Shown: positions 1 to 13,277, counted from the stretch's first letter. The stretch is 64,000 bases of DNA from Eledone cirrhosa (GCA_964016885.1 OZ024740.1:27962001-28026000); one strand, 5' to 3'. Made by a program: numbers and translations. The notes: generated by a model not told the origin, from the sequence alone.

Positions 1-64
1 TACGCACACGCCCACATATACATATTTACATGCCAACACAATATGTACACATGTACACACTATT

Positions 65-215
65 AGATGGCCATTGACTCTCATGGGTTACTCAAATTTT
101 GGGCTGGTATTGTTTTTTAGTTTGTTCAATATCACCCTCCTCACCAAACAAACTTAGTTTCCGACAGTGCTACAGGTTGTTCTGAGTTACATGTTACCAG
201 TAGCCTTTACGAGTG
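65..215 (-). mobile_element. Diverged interspersed repeat fragment, homologous to 24079-24238 (probable RTE-type LINE 5' region)
   Basis: Shares gatggccattgactct, tcaccctcctca and acaggttgt..ctg...acatgttac blocks with 24079-24238; family assignment is from recall only. Confidence 0.4.
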
Positions 216-588
216 ACCTGTATGTATATATATGTATGTATTTATGTATGTATGTATGTATGAATGTATGTATATATGTATGTATGTATGTATATAAGTA
301 TGTATGTATATATGTAGGATTGTATGTATATATGTATAATCTTCTGGTTTTATAATTTCACAAATGTTTACCAATAGACAGTCGGATTCTAACATAGACA
401 CAAGATTCTCTCATTGGAATTTACACAACATCAACTAGGTAGATATGTATGCATGCATGTGTAGATATGGATGTTATTGTATGTGTGGATGTGTATTTAT
501 GTATGCTTGTGGTTGGCTATGTGTATATGTCTATATATGAATTTATGTATCTATGCATATTTATCTGTATATATGCCTGTACACGTAA

Positions 589-707
<119 letters not shown>

Positions 708-835
708 AAAGTTCTATTTAAAATTGTTGGGATACAACAAGTAAATATTTTTATAACTGATATAAAGCACTCGACAAGTATTTGGAGTAGATATACGATA
801 TTAATAAATGGAAACTATATTTATAAAACCATATT

Positions 836-900
836 TATTTCATTATACATATTTCAGGGATACCAAATTAAATCATGGTATGCCTTCATCAGACAAAATA
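836..900 (-). ncRNA. Type I hammerhead ribozyme motif (PLE-1 tail)
   Basis: Minus strand: TATTTTGT-CTGATGA-AGGCATACCA..TGGTATCCCT-GAAA-TATGTA-TA-ATGAAATA; stem I with two G-U pairs, stem II 9 of 10 pairs, AUA cleavage triplet. Confidence 0.75.
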
Positions 901-2605
901 CAATATATAACAGTTTTACAAATAAGCTTTGACGTACCCTTTTAAAATGCAACCGTTATTTTTGGAAGCCATCTGGATAGTGAATTGTTTATATTATTTT
1001 AATAAGTCTTAGTGTTAAGGACAATTAGAAAAAGACAGAGAGAAAGAAAAAAGACGGAGAGAGAGAAAAAAGAAAAAGAAAAAAACATGGAGAAATATCG
1101 GAGAGAGAGAAATGCATGGAGAAAAAAGAGAGAGATAAATAAAGACAGGAGGAAAGAAAGAAAAAAGAAAAAAGGAAGAAATAAGAAAAACAGAGGAAAG
1201 CAACAGAGAGATATCAAGTCATCAGACAGATAGAACAACTCAAGAGAGAGAAATAATATATAGAGAGAGGGGGAGATAATGAAAACTTTACGTCATGTCA
1301 TATTAAGTTGAGTTAACAATTTATATGAAATGAATAATAAAAATATAAATATTAATATTCATGAATGGGACATAAATATATAATATGAGAAATTAAACAT
1401 TGTTTAATAATGATTATATGTTTAGTTTAAAACTTGAGATCAATATACCAAAATTTGAGAAACCACTATCTTACAGCAAAGATAGACAAATATATATATA
1501 CACGTCCTGAGAATTGAAATTATGTCTACTCAGGTCTACAATATAGACATACAAAACGCAAATGATTTCTCTTAATCACTGCTATACATTCCTTGTGTTG
1601 TAAAAAGTTCACAGTATATATACATAAATATATACGATTAACATTCATGCCTTCATATATACGATTACCATTCATGCATTTAACATTTTGTTAAAATTAT
1701 GCATATCTGCAATAAAAACTGCGTGGGTAGGCATGCACACACATACATATACATATATATGTATATGTAGGCATGCACACACATACATACACATACATAT
1801 GTATAAATAAAGATTTGCGTGCGTCTTCACCAATTGTTAGACCCGCATCGCTCATGTATACATACAGACAGATATACAATCTTAAAAAAAACTATAACAC
1901 TTTTATATGCATGTTAATACACACATACACATCTGTATAGAGATAATCAAATATCAATATATTACTAAAGGTTTATACTTTGGAAATATAATTATAACAA
2001 TATAAATTTAAAATACCAAAGGATTATATTTTGGAAATACAATTATATCAGTATAGTCTAAAGGACAAACGAATTCTAGAGATATCAAAACATTAAATAT
2101 CTTTAAAAACACTATAGAGTATCTTAAGTTAAAATAATATGTTTCATATATTTAGTATAGAAATTTATCCTACGTATATTTTAATCAAGATATTGAAAGG
2201 GTAGACTTATGAAAATTATGAGAAACTATCAGAATCAAAATAAACCTAATAAAAATAAATAAAAATAAAAATAAAAATAAAAATAAAAATAAAAATAAAA
2301 GTTAAATAAATATTATATCAATATAATTTAAAAATTTAAAAATTTAAAAAAGTTTAAAAAGTTTAAAAATTTAAAAATTTTTAAAATTTTTAAAAAACCC
2401 AAGGATTCTACAGATATCCTTATATTTAGTATAGAAATTTATCTTACGTATATTTTATTTAAGACATTGGAAGTATAAACATTTTAGAGTAGTTTATTAT
2501 ATTTATGTTTATATTTAGGAAGAACATTTAAAAAGAAAAAGGTGAAGGAATCTAATGATTTATCGACAGGTTTCATATATTAACTAAATTACTGAATTAC
2601 TTATA

Positions 2606-4250
2606 CTACATTTTAAATTTATATTTATATTTAAACGTTGAGTTCAATCTGTGTCTGCAGCAACTGAATAAATTATTCCTTAAATTAAGGGAATTTTTGT
2701 ACTTTAATATAAAGAATAGTTCTTCAATACAAAGATCACAATTTTCTGAAGAGGAATTAAAAGGAGTAGCTTATGAAATAATATTCCAAGTCATCGAATA
2801 TTTAACATTATCTCGTTTAAGGTCCCATAGTAGGCTAGATAGCGAAGTTGAAGATTTTTTGTTTGGATCTGTGAAAGAATTTTTATGATTATTGAAGCGA
2901 AATTTAAATTCTGTAGAGGTAGAACCGACATAGTTAAATGAATTTAAATTAGTTTTAACATTACAATTGTACACTACATTTTTAGCTAAGCAGTTGTTAT
3001 TTAACGGACAGTTAGAATTAGTTCTACAGTTACAGTTATTCAATTGAATATTGCTTGGGTTATTATTGGTATTTTGGTTAGGTTTTAAGTTTCTATTATT
3101 AATTCTATTAATATTTTGTGCTAAATTTTTGGTGGACGAGTAAGTTAATTTTATAGTATGTCTATTAAAAATTGAGTAATATTTATGTGTTCTAGGGAAG
3201 CGTTTGTCAAGAGCTTTAAAGAATAGTTTAGCAATAGGGGTTTTAATACTTAGTGAGAAAGGGGGAGCAAACCATAATATATTTCTAGTTCTATTTCTTT
3301 TTCGGCTTTTGGAATTATTGTAATGTTTTCTATTATAGTTGTTAAAGTTGTTACCATAATTAAAATTGTTATTATTTTGGTTAGTTTGCTTATTATTATT
3401 ATTATCGATGTATTTAATTTTATTTCTATATCCAGCTCCACCTAACGCTTCGTTGTAATACTGTGCTTTTTCATCAAATATATTTTTATTAGATGAAATT
3501 CTTGAAATTCGTTCTTGAACAGAGTTCACTATAGTATTTTTAACAGATCTGGGGTGATTAGAGTTAAAATTAACATAATTCAAGTTCTCATTTAGTTTGT
3601 GAAATGGATAATGAAGACATGTGTTGAGATTTAGTGTTACATCAAGAAAATTGACTATTTTATGGTTATTCTCTATTTCTACTTTTAGATTAAGGTAATT
3701 AAAAAATTGTATAATTTTTTTCTTTTTCTATTTAGTTCACAGCTATTATTTTCTATAAGTAAAAGCATGTCATCACGATATAAGCCTCCGGTTACACCTG
3801 GTATTTTTCTATGTAGCGAATTAATTATAAATAGGCCCACAAGGTCCATTACCTGAGCTGAGTCTGATGATCCCATAGTTATGTCGAAATTATTATTTCT
3901 ATCTGCCCTAGTCCAGAGTTGGTTATTAAATTCTATCAATGTTTTCCTTGCCGATAATATAATGTGCATTTCATTGCTAGTTAGGTCTGTATGTTTAAAT
4001 GCGTAATTTAGTGCCTTATTCAGTAGATTAGGAGTGATAGATGAATAGTAGTTAGCAATATCCAGCTGAATAAACTTATTATTATAGTTATATTTAATTT
4101 CTTTAAACCAATCTATAACCTCACTAGTCCCTTTCCATAATTTTAAGTAAGATAAATTACGTAAGTTTTTAAATTGTTCTTTTACTCTGTCTAGAATATT
4201 TTTACTGAGTTTGCACAGGTCAGATTTAGATGGTGCAATCAATCTGACTG
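2606..4250 (-). pseudogene. PLE-1 reverse transcriptase + GIY-YIG endonuclease, disrupted
   Basis: VRLIAPSKSDL, QLDIANYY, ITMGSSDS, GGLYRDD, NFLDVTLNL, SNHP, WFAPPFS, CNCRTNSNCPL, NVVY...YVGST...FKFRFNNH, CDLCIEE. Frameshift near 3700, in-frame TAA at 2771-2773, natural stop TAG at 2606-2608. Confidence 0.9.
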
Positions 4251-4287
4251 GTACGTCAAAGCTTATTTGTAAAACTGTTATATACTG

Positions 4288-4352
4288 TATTTTGTCTGAT
4301 GAAGGCATACCATGATTTACTTTGGTATCCCTGAAATATGTATAATGAAATA
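4288..4352 (+). ncRNA. Type I hammerhead ribozyme motif (inverted PLE-1 tail)
   Basis: CTGATGA 4296-4302, stem II 4303-4332 with one C-C mismatch, GAAA 4333-4336, short stem III ATA/TAT, stem I 4288-4295 pairing with 4345-4352. Confidence 0.75.
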
Positions 4353-4392
4353 AATATGGTTTTATAAGTATAGTTTCCATTTATTAATATCG

Positions 4393-4453
<61 letters not shown>

Positions 4454-4668
4454 CTTTGATAACAATATATTTATATATAGGGAGGGTCATATTTGTGTAA
4501 TATTGCCAGAATTAATAACAGAACACACTCACTGTTTGGTTGGTTTTCGCTTTTCCCTTCTGTGTCTTTTATATCGGTAATCTAATTTATTCGGTCCTCA
4601 ATGTTGCCATTGACTGACCAACGGTCAAAAATAATACAGATACGATAAAGACACAAACACATATATAT

Positions 4669-4722
4669 ATAGTTTATCAAAGTTCTTTCGTTGCACATCT
4701 GCAACATCGTCAGTGGTGCTAT
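4669..4722 (-). ncRNA. Minimal type I hammerhead ribozyme motif (PLE-2 left-arm tail)
   Basis: Minus strand: ATAGCACCA-CTGACGA-T-GTTGCA-GATG-TGCAAC-GAAA-GAAC-TT-TGATAAACTAT. Confidence 0.65.
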
Positions 4723-4988
4723 TCTTTCCTCCCGTTACACTGTATGTGTACGCCATTTTTATTTAGTCTGTCTATATATTTATTTATTTATTTGTTTGTT
4801 TGTTTATTTTATTTTGTCTTTGCGCATGCGTTTGCGTGTGTGTATAGTGTTTTGTTTGATGTGTGTTCGTGTTAGGGTGACTGTGTATCGGTTAATGTAT
4901 TCTATCTTTACTAGTGTGTGTTTATATGTTTGTTGTTATTGTGTTTGTGTATGTATTTATTTATTTATTTATCTATTTATTTATTTAT

Positions 4989-7397
4989 TTATACATCTCT
5001 TAGGTCAGTGTTGTTTGTTTGGGTGTTGTTGTTATTCCATTCATTCTTTCTGTTTAGTCTTGGCCTTCTAAGTTCTATTTCACTGGCCTCTCTGATTTGC
5101 CTATCTGCTGGGTCATTTCTATGTTTAGATATTATTCTAATTTCTATGTTGTCTATGTTACCGTCGTATTGTTGTCTGGCATGTTCGTATAGTTCTGATC
5201 CGTTTTTTCGTCCTTTTAGTTCCCCCAGTGTTGGTCTATCCTTTCACCTATGCTACGAGCTGTCTCGCCTATGTATGTTGTTGTCATGTTTCTGCAAGTA
5301 CCCTCTGTACATCTTATGCTATAGACTACGTTTCTAGTTTTACAGTTTATCCGGGGGTTTACCTTACATATGATACATTTCCTATTAGTACAGTGGGTTT
5401 TCTTAAAAGGGTAGGTTTTGCTGATCAGGGATTTTATGGTGGTTCCTGGCTTTTCTACCACCTTAATCTTTAAGTGGGTCTTTCTCAGGACCTTTCTACA
5501 CTGGTTAACTAATTTCCCTCCAGCGGTAGCGTCCACAAACATGACACTCTGGTATCTCTGGTTGTCGTACCATGAGGTGGCTTTCCCTATCTTATGTCTA
5601 GCCCTATCTAAGCTATTCCATGATTTGCTCCTGTATAATGGGCAAATTCTTTTCATGTCCAGTCCTACGAGGGTTTTATACTTCTCCATGGCTCCTTCGT
5701 ATGCTCTGACACTGTCTTTGGTTGTAGCCAGAGAACTGCATGCGGTTGATGAAGTGTTGGATGTGTCTTTCCATTTCTGTTGGGTCGCACATGCGGGACA
5801 CATTCTTCATCACTCGTACCAAATCTGCGATCAGAATATTAAACTTAGCACTACTGGACATTGCTGAGTTTTGAGTATCAGGTATTTGGAGGCCTTGGGT
5901 TTAGCATAGTGTGAGTAGAGAATTTGGGCTCTCTCGTCTATAGTGTTAATCCAGAGTTCCGTGGCTAATACAGGTAGTCTATTGTTAGGGTGTTTGGAAG
6001 ATTAGTCGATAGTTACAGTTATACTCTGGTGTATGGAATTAGCTATCTGCTGGATGCTTTCCATTGTGCTACGTTCTAAATCAAACTTGTTAGTGCTCTC
6101 TCGTGGGGATGTTCTTATAACTATATTGATATCGTGTACGTAACGAGAGTACATGATGAGGTCTATGGAGCTCTCATTAAGAAGATCTTTAAGTCTCCTT
6201 TCCCACCATACCATGAAAAGGTTGGCAACGTCACCAGCTATGCTGACGCCAACGGCTGCTCCCTCATTTTGGGTGTAGATCTTCCGTTGAACTTGAATAT
6301 GTGGTAGTTTTGATACTAGCCCCTATTGCATGTGCGACCATTTTTCTTACCTGATCATTGTTTTGGTGGGTCCGTATAGCTTTGGTCCGCCCAATCCACC
6401 TTCCCATGGGAGTCTCTTTTGCCATTGAGGTTATGGTGAGGGGTCTAGCTCTTATGGGTCTACTAGGGCAGAAACGTCTAAGGTCATGGCTGTCTAGGTA
6501 GTCAGTGTCGTAGGTAAGTCTAAGTAGGAGGCACAGTTCGTCTGTGTCGACGGCGCAGAACTCCACCTCACTCTCAATGATCATCTCCACACATTTTTCC
6601 ACAGCAAAATCAATGTTAATGGATGGGTACAGTGATACCACATCCATGCTGCCTATTATGCTGCCTATTATGCAATTGGATAGGTTCCTGTTTTTGTTGC
6701 AGACACTGATTCTGCCGAGGAGGTCCTCTGTACTGTCACATACATCTGGGGACATCTTGATTATGGGGCGTATAACCATTGAGGGGAAGTAGGAGATCCT
6801 GTAGTTGCTAGCTATATTAGCTCCGCATACGGGTCTTGTTGGTGGTCCTGTTGTCGGGTCGTCGACTGTCTTGTGGACTTTGCAGAGCCCATACAAGGGT
6901 GGTATGCCATTGTTAGACGCCTGGAAGTTGTTGGCAGTGCGTCTGCTTGACTTTAGGATGTCAGTCCACATCATCATGTGAGCATTGAGGTTTTCTCTCT
7001 CCCATCATGTGTTTGCTGTGCAATTTCGCTCGTGTTGGTGATGTGGGTTGCATAGCCTTGATGTAGTTCGGCATGTTATCTATTGACATCCTACCAGACT
7101 AATCCGTGGGTAGACATACTACCTCACCATCCCTTGTGCGCTGTTTGAGGCTAACCAAGCCTTCTACAGGTTTCCTCCCAAGTTGTTGGGCCTCTGGTCT
7201 GCTCTGTCTCTTAGTATACCGGGCTACTATTTGTCTAATCTTATTTCTAGCTATGGTGAACTGCGCCTCTGTCTCGTCATCTATTTGTTGTGGTATGCAA
7301 ACTCTTTTATTAAAGGGTAACCTCGTAGGATAGATATTACCCAACTTATATGTTTTGTTATGATTGCTAGGTGTATTGTTGCTGTGATTGTTAGATT
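4989..7397 (-). pseudogene. PLE-2 left arm: fragmented RT + GIY-YIG endonuclease (retains EN core)
   Basis: SMDVVSLYPSI, YSRYVHD, CTNRKCIIC, NVVYSIRC...YIGETARSIGERIDQH; several frameshifts, stops and deletions. Confidence 0.88.
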
Positions 7398-10300
7398 AAC
7401 CCTATTGAGTGCAAAACGGAGCTGGAAAAGTGTTTCACAAAAATACGTTGGAATGCAAAAGTAAACAACAACAACAACAATAATAACGGTAGTAGTAATA
7501 TAAACAATAACTCTGAGTATAGAAATAACAGCCATAACAATAACAATAGCAGGAGAGTGAGAAATTGTAATAGTGGTAATAATACTAACGATAGACAGAA
7601 CAACAACAACAACCACAATAATAATAATAATAGAAACATTAACCACAGACACAGCAGCAGCGACCACAGTAGTAATAACGGTAACAATACGAACAACAAC
7701 AACAATAACCACAGTGGTAATAATGGAAATAATACATGTAGCAACATTAATGATAGACACAACAAAAACAAGAAACATAATAAAAGTAACAACCACAATG
7801 GTAGAAATAACAGTAACAACAATAACGGTGAAGTAAACAACAATCACAGCAACAATACATCTAGCAATCATAACAACAATACATCTAACAATCACAGCAA
7901 CAATACATCTAGCAATCATAACAACAATACATCTAACAATCACAGCAACAATACACCTAGCAATCATAACAACAATACATCTAACAATCACAGCAACAAT
8001 ATATCTAGCAATCATAACAATAATAATAATGCTAATGATAGGAACAACAACAACCACCATGATAACAATAATAGCAACACACACAACTATGACGATAGAT
8101 ATAATGACAAACCCTTAGAGAAACTATTTTTCAACCCAGCTAACAAAACATATAAGATGGGTAATATCTATCCTACGAGGTTACCCTTTAATAAAAGAGT
8201 TTGCATAACACAACAAATAGATGACGAGACAGAAGCGCAGTTCACCATAGCTAGAAATAAGATTAGACAAATAGTAGACCGGTATACTAAGAGACAGAGC
8301 AGACCAGAGGCCCAACAACTTGGGAGGAAACCTGTAGAAGGCTTGGTTAGCCTCACGTAGCGCACAAGGGATGGTGAGGTAGTATGTCTACCCACGGATT
8401 AGTCTGGTAGGATGTCAATAGATAGCATGCCGAACTACATCAAGGCTATGCAACCCCACATAACCAACACGAGCGAAATTGCACAGCAAACACATGATGG
8501 GAGAGAGAAAACCTCAACGTTCACATGATGATGTGGACTGACAACCTAAAGCCAAGCAGACGCACTGCCAACAACTTCCAGGCGTCTAACAATGGCATAC
8601 CACCCTTGTATGGGTTCCGCAAAGACCACAAGACAGTCGACGACCCGACAACAGGGCCACCAACAAGACCCGTATGCGGAGCTAATATAGCTAGCAACTA
8701 CAGGATCTCCTTCTTCCTCTCAATGGTTATACGCCCCATAATCAAGATGTCCCCAGATGTATGTGACAGTACAGAGGACCTCCTCAGCAGAATCAGTGAG
8801 TGCAACAAAAACAGGAACCTATCCAACTGCATAATAGGCAGCATAATAGGCAGCATGGATGTGGTATCACTGTACCCATCCATTAACATTGATTTTGCTG
8901 TGGAAAAATGTGTGGAGATGATCATTGAGAGTGAGGTGGAGTTCTGCGCCGTCGACACAGACGAACTGTGCCTCCTACTTAGACTTACCTACGACACTGA
9001 CTACCTAGACAGCCATGACCTTAGACGTTTCTGCCCTAGTAGGCCCATAAGAGCTAGACCCCCCACCATAACCTCAATGGCAAAAAAGACTCCCATGGGA
9101 AGGTGGATTGGGTGGACCAAAGCTATACGGACCCCCCAAAACAATGACCAGGTAAGAAAAATGGTCGCACATGCAATAGGGGCTAGTATCAAAACTACAC
9201 TAAAGGGCCACATATTCAAGTTCAACGAGAAGATCTACACCCAAAATGAGGGAGCAGCCATTGGCGTCAGCATAGCTGGTGATGTTGCCAACCTTTTCAT
9301 GGTATGGTGGGAAAGGAGACTTAAAGATCTCCTTAATGAGAGCTCCATAGACCTCATCATGTACTCTCGTTTTGTAGACGATATCAATATAGTTATAAGA
9401 ACATCCCCACTAGACCGCACTAACAAGTTTGATTTAGAACGTAGCACAATGGAAAGCATCCAGCAGATAGCTAATTCCATACACCAGAGTTTAACTGTAA
9501 CTATCGACTACCCTTCCAAACACCCTAACAATAGACTACCTGTATTAGACACGGAACTCTGGATTAACACTATAGACGAGAGAGCCCAAATTCTCCACTC
9601 ACACTATACTAAACCCATGGCCTCCAAATACCTAATACTCAAAAACTCAGCAATGTCCAGTAATGCTAAGTTTAATATTCTGATCGCAGATTTGGTACGA
9701 ATGATGAAGAATGTGTTCCGCATGTTCGACCCAACAGAAATGGAAAGACACATCCAACACTTCATCAACCGCATGCAGTTCTCTGGCTACAACCAAAGAG
9801 ACAGAGTCAGAGTATACAAAGGAGCCATGGAGAAGTATAAGACCCTCATAGAACTGGACATGAAAGGAATTTGCCCATTATACAGGAGCAAATCATGGAA
9901 TAGCTTAGATAGGGCTAGACATAAGATAGGGAAAGCCATCTCATGGTACGACAACCAGAGATACCAGAGTGTCATGTTTGTGGACGCTACCCCTGGAGGG
10001 GAATTAGCTAACCAGTGTAGAAAGGCCCTGAGAAAGACCCACTTAAAGATTAAGGTGGTAGAAAAGCCAGGAACCACCATACAATCCCTGATCAGCAAAA
10101 CCTACCCTTTTAAGAAAACCCACTGTACTAATAGGAAATGTATCATATGTAAGGTAAACCCCCGGATAGACTGTGAAACTAGAAACGTAGTCTATAGCAT
10201 AAGATGTACAGAGGGTACTTGAACGAACATGCCAGACAACAACATGACGGTATCATAGACAACATAGAAATTAGAATAATATCTAAACATAGAAATGACC

Positions 10301-10422
10301 CAGCAGATAGGCAAATCAGAGAGGCCAGTGAAATAGAAATTAGAAGACCAAGACTAAACAGAAAGAATGAATGGAATAACAACAACACCCAAACAAACAA
10401 CACTGACCTAAGAAAAGTATAA
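7395..10422 (+). pseudogene. PLE-2 right arm: Asn-rich N-terminus + RT (565-aa open stretch 8525-10222) + EN with deleted catalytic core
   Basis: Frame open from 7395 (INPIECKTELEKCFTKIRW); TAG at 8358 and ~8400, frameshift ~8510; RT motifs LYGFRKDHK, RPVCG, SMDVVSLYPSI, QNEGAAIG, RFVDD, LPVLDTELW; deletion at ~10220 removes YIGET..R..QH. Confidence 0.9.
7463..8110 (+). repeat. (AAC/AAT)-rich coding repeat with 21/42-bp units (SNNHSNNT/SSNHNNNT) inside the PLE-2 ORF
   Basis: Direct reading; frame stays open through ~215 codons. Confidence 0.9.
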
Positions 10423-10693
10423 ATAAATAAATAAATAGATAAATAAATAAATAAATACATACACATGCACAATAACAACATACACATATAAACACACACT
10501 AGTAAAGATAGAATACATTAACCGATACACAGTCACCCAATCACGAACACACATCAAACAAAACACTATACACACACGCAAACGCATGCGCAAAGAAGAC
10601 AAAATAAAATAAACAAACAAACAAATAAATAAATAAATATATAGACAGACTAAATAAAAATGGCGTAGACATACAATGTAACGGGAGGAAACA

Positions 10694-10747
10694 ATAGCAC
10701 CACTGACGATGTTGCAGATGTGCAACGAAAGAACTTTGATAAACTAT
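10694..10747 (+). ncRNA. Minimal type I hammerhead ribozyme motif (PLE-2 right-arm tail)
   Basis: CTGACGA 10703-10709, extra U, 6-bp stem II GTTGCA/TGCAAC, GAAA 10727-10730, very short stem III, imperfect stem I. Confidence 0.65.
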
Positions 10748-10988
10748 ATATATGTGTTTGTATCTATATTGTATCTGTATTATTTTTGACCGTTGGTCAG
10801 TCAATGGAAACATTGAGGACCGAATAAATTAGATTGCCAATATAAAAGACACAGAAGCGAAAAGCGAAAACCAACCAAACAGTGAGTGTGTTCTGTTATT
10901 AATTCTGGCAATAGTACACAAATATGACCCTCCCCAAGTATAACAATATTTGTTTCGACACACGATTTCATATAAAAAACCTCGCAAA

Positions 10989-11047
<59 letters not shown>

Positions 11048-11097
11048 ATTAAGTCAAATATGTAAATTTTGCTTCGTTTATTATAAATTATAGATAT

Positions 11098-11152
11098 ACT
11101 ACTATATATATTTCGGTGACAGCCATCATTGGCTGTGACCTCTTCAGGCAGT
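11098..11152 (-). ncRNA. Canonical type I hammerhead ribozyme motif in an ORF-less tail ending at (TA)n ~11040
   Basis: Minus strand: ACTGC-CTGAAGA-GGTCACAGCCA-ATGA-TGGCTGTCACC-GAAA-TATATA-TA-GTAGT; all three stems form; palindromic stem III ATATATAT. Confidence 0.85.
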
Positions 11153-11874
11153 CCGAATTGGTGTGGGAAAGACAGGTACACTTTGCTGAAGTGTGTTTTA
11201 CTCGTCAATACATCGATATCTCCAGCTCCTGGTTGTGTTGTTATTCCTCTCAGGAACTGGAATCATATGGTTTAGAACAAACGAATTACTGCGTCATACG
11301 ACACGCTCGCATCCCATTGGTCAGTTGTGAGAACATTCCTCAGTCAAAAGTCTATAGACATTTTTCTGAGGCAAGACAATTTTGTCCGGATGTTTAAGTA
11401 CAGCTGACCTCCTCCATTGTGTTGGTAGTCGTAGTGGTGTTAAGGGATCAGCTGGCAAGTCAGATTTAGTGTGCTGCTGCTATGTTCTGGAGTATGTGTG
11501 TGTCTAGGTTGGCATCTATTCTGCCACCATTCCACGTGGTGGGGCGTGCCAAACAAATAAAAATTGCGCGTGTGTTACAACCAATATCAAAATTTGAAAG
11601 ATTTGAAAAATATTACTGAAGTAGAAAACCTGTGTCATAATCGAGAAGAGTAAAGAATTACAATTGTTATTTTATGATCGAGTGGTGCGTTTTAAGAGCA
11701 AATGAGATAAAAGTGGAGTGTAAAACACCAAAAAACCTGAGTGTCAAAATCCGGAAATGCAAAGGACTACAGTTCTTATTTCGGCATAAAGTGTGAAAGT
11801 ATCTATGTCTCTATAGCTAGATGTCTAAGCATGTATGTATATATGTATATATACATCTATACATCTATACATCT

Positions 11875-11978
<104 letters not shown>

Positions 11979-12450
11979 GTATGCATGTAGGTATGTACAA
12001 ATACATACATAAGAATATTTAAGTCTCTAGTTATCTGAAAATGTATGTATTTACACATATCGTTAATTGCGAGTGGGATTGAGTGTTTGTCAGAATACAT
12101 ATATATATATATATGTATGTATAGATGTATAGATGTATACTACAGTAAGTGTATGTACATATGAGTGTATGTCTGGAGGCGAATAAGAAGTAGGACGGAG
12201 TCAATCAACTCTACATGGGAGGCAGGAAAGTGGTTCAATTAAGAGGAAGGTCAATATTAGGAAGGGGAAAGTTCAGGCTAATAGGTCGCTGACTGATTAA
12301 ATGAAATTCTGCTAATAACAGCAGCTACAAAAATTCAGGCACTGGTGTGATTTGATTGCACAGTTCATGTGTGACTACATGTATATATATATATATTTAT
12401 ATTATATATATATGTATACATACACACGCACGCACACATATGTATATATA

Positions 12451-12514
<64 letters not shown>

Positions 12515-12542
12515 TGTATATATATATATATATATAATACAC

Positions 12543-12627
<85 letters not shown>

Positions 12628-12797
12628 TATACATATATATATATACCCATATATCTACATATTTATGTATATAAATATTTATATATATATATGTGTGCGT
12701 ATGTGTGTCTGTGTATAAATATATATATATATGTATATCTATCTATCTCTATATATATACATATATATAGATGCATATACACGCATACACAGGTGTT

Positions 12798-12853
<56 letters not shown>

Positions 12854-13018
12854 TGTATGGGTATGTGTGTAGTGTATATATACGTGTGCATATGTAATGT
12901 GGTGAAACTTAAAAGACAGAGTAACTTATATGAAATGAAATATATTACGTATAAAATCTCAAACTACATTCGAATAAATACACACACACACACATTCACA
13001 CACACACATATATATATA

Positions 13019-13108
<90 letters not shown>

Positions 13109-13142
13109 CATGTATGTACGCACGTTTATACAGTGATAAGAT

Positions 13143-13219
13143 CTAAGGAAAGACATTTCCTGAAGAATGTTCTTGTCCAAAGCATAGGAAACACTTGTCC
13201 CAATTGATGTCTAACTTAG
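13143..13219 (+). ncRNA. Degenerate type I hammerhead motif in a ~150-bp island between microsatellites
   Basis: CTGAAGA 13160-13166, ATGTT/AGCAT stem II, GAAA-CACTTG-TC, extended stem I AGACAT/ATGTCT and CTAAG/CTTAG; core-proximal pairs are broken. Confidence 0.5.
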
Positions 13220-13277
13220 TCAACGTTTCACCTTTAATTCGGTTCATACTGGATTGCTTCGTTTAGTTCAGTGTCTT

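Larger units (their letters stand above)
4480..10990. mobile_element. PLE-2: Penelope-like element as a large inverted pair (left arm 4480-7397 minus, right arm 7395-10990 plus)
   Basis: Arms are reverse complements over ~2.8 kb (ORF track gives near-identical proteins on opposite strands); both outer ends are the element 3' tail next to microsatellite. Confidence 0.9.

Noticed and set aside
7281-8084. Hydrophobic membrane-protein-like ORFs on the minus strand
   Set aside because: Antisense of the AAC/AAT repeat.
2771-8402. Selenocysteine or read-through recoding of in-frame stops in the PLE ORFs (as in Naiad PLEs)
   Set aside because: The stops seen are TAA/TAG, not TGA, come with frameshifts, and the endonuclease is C-terminal.
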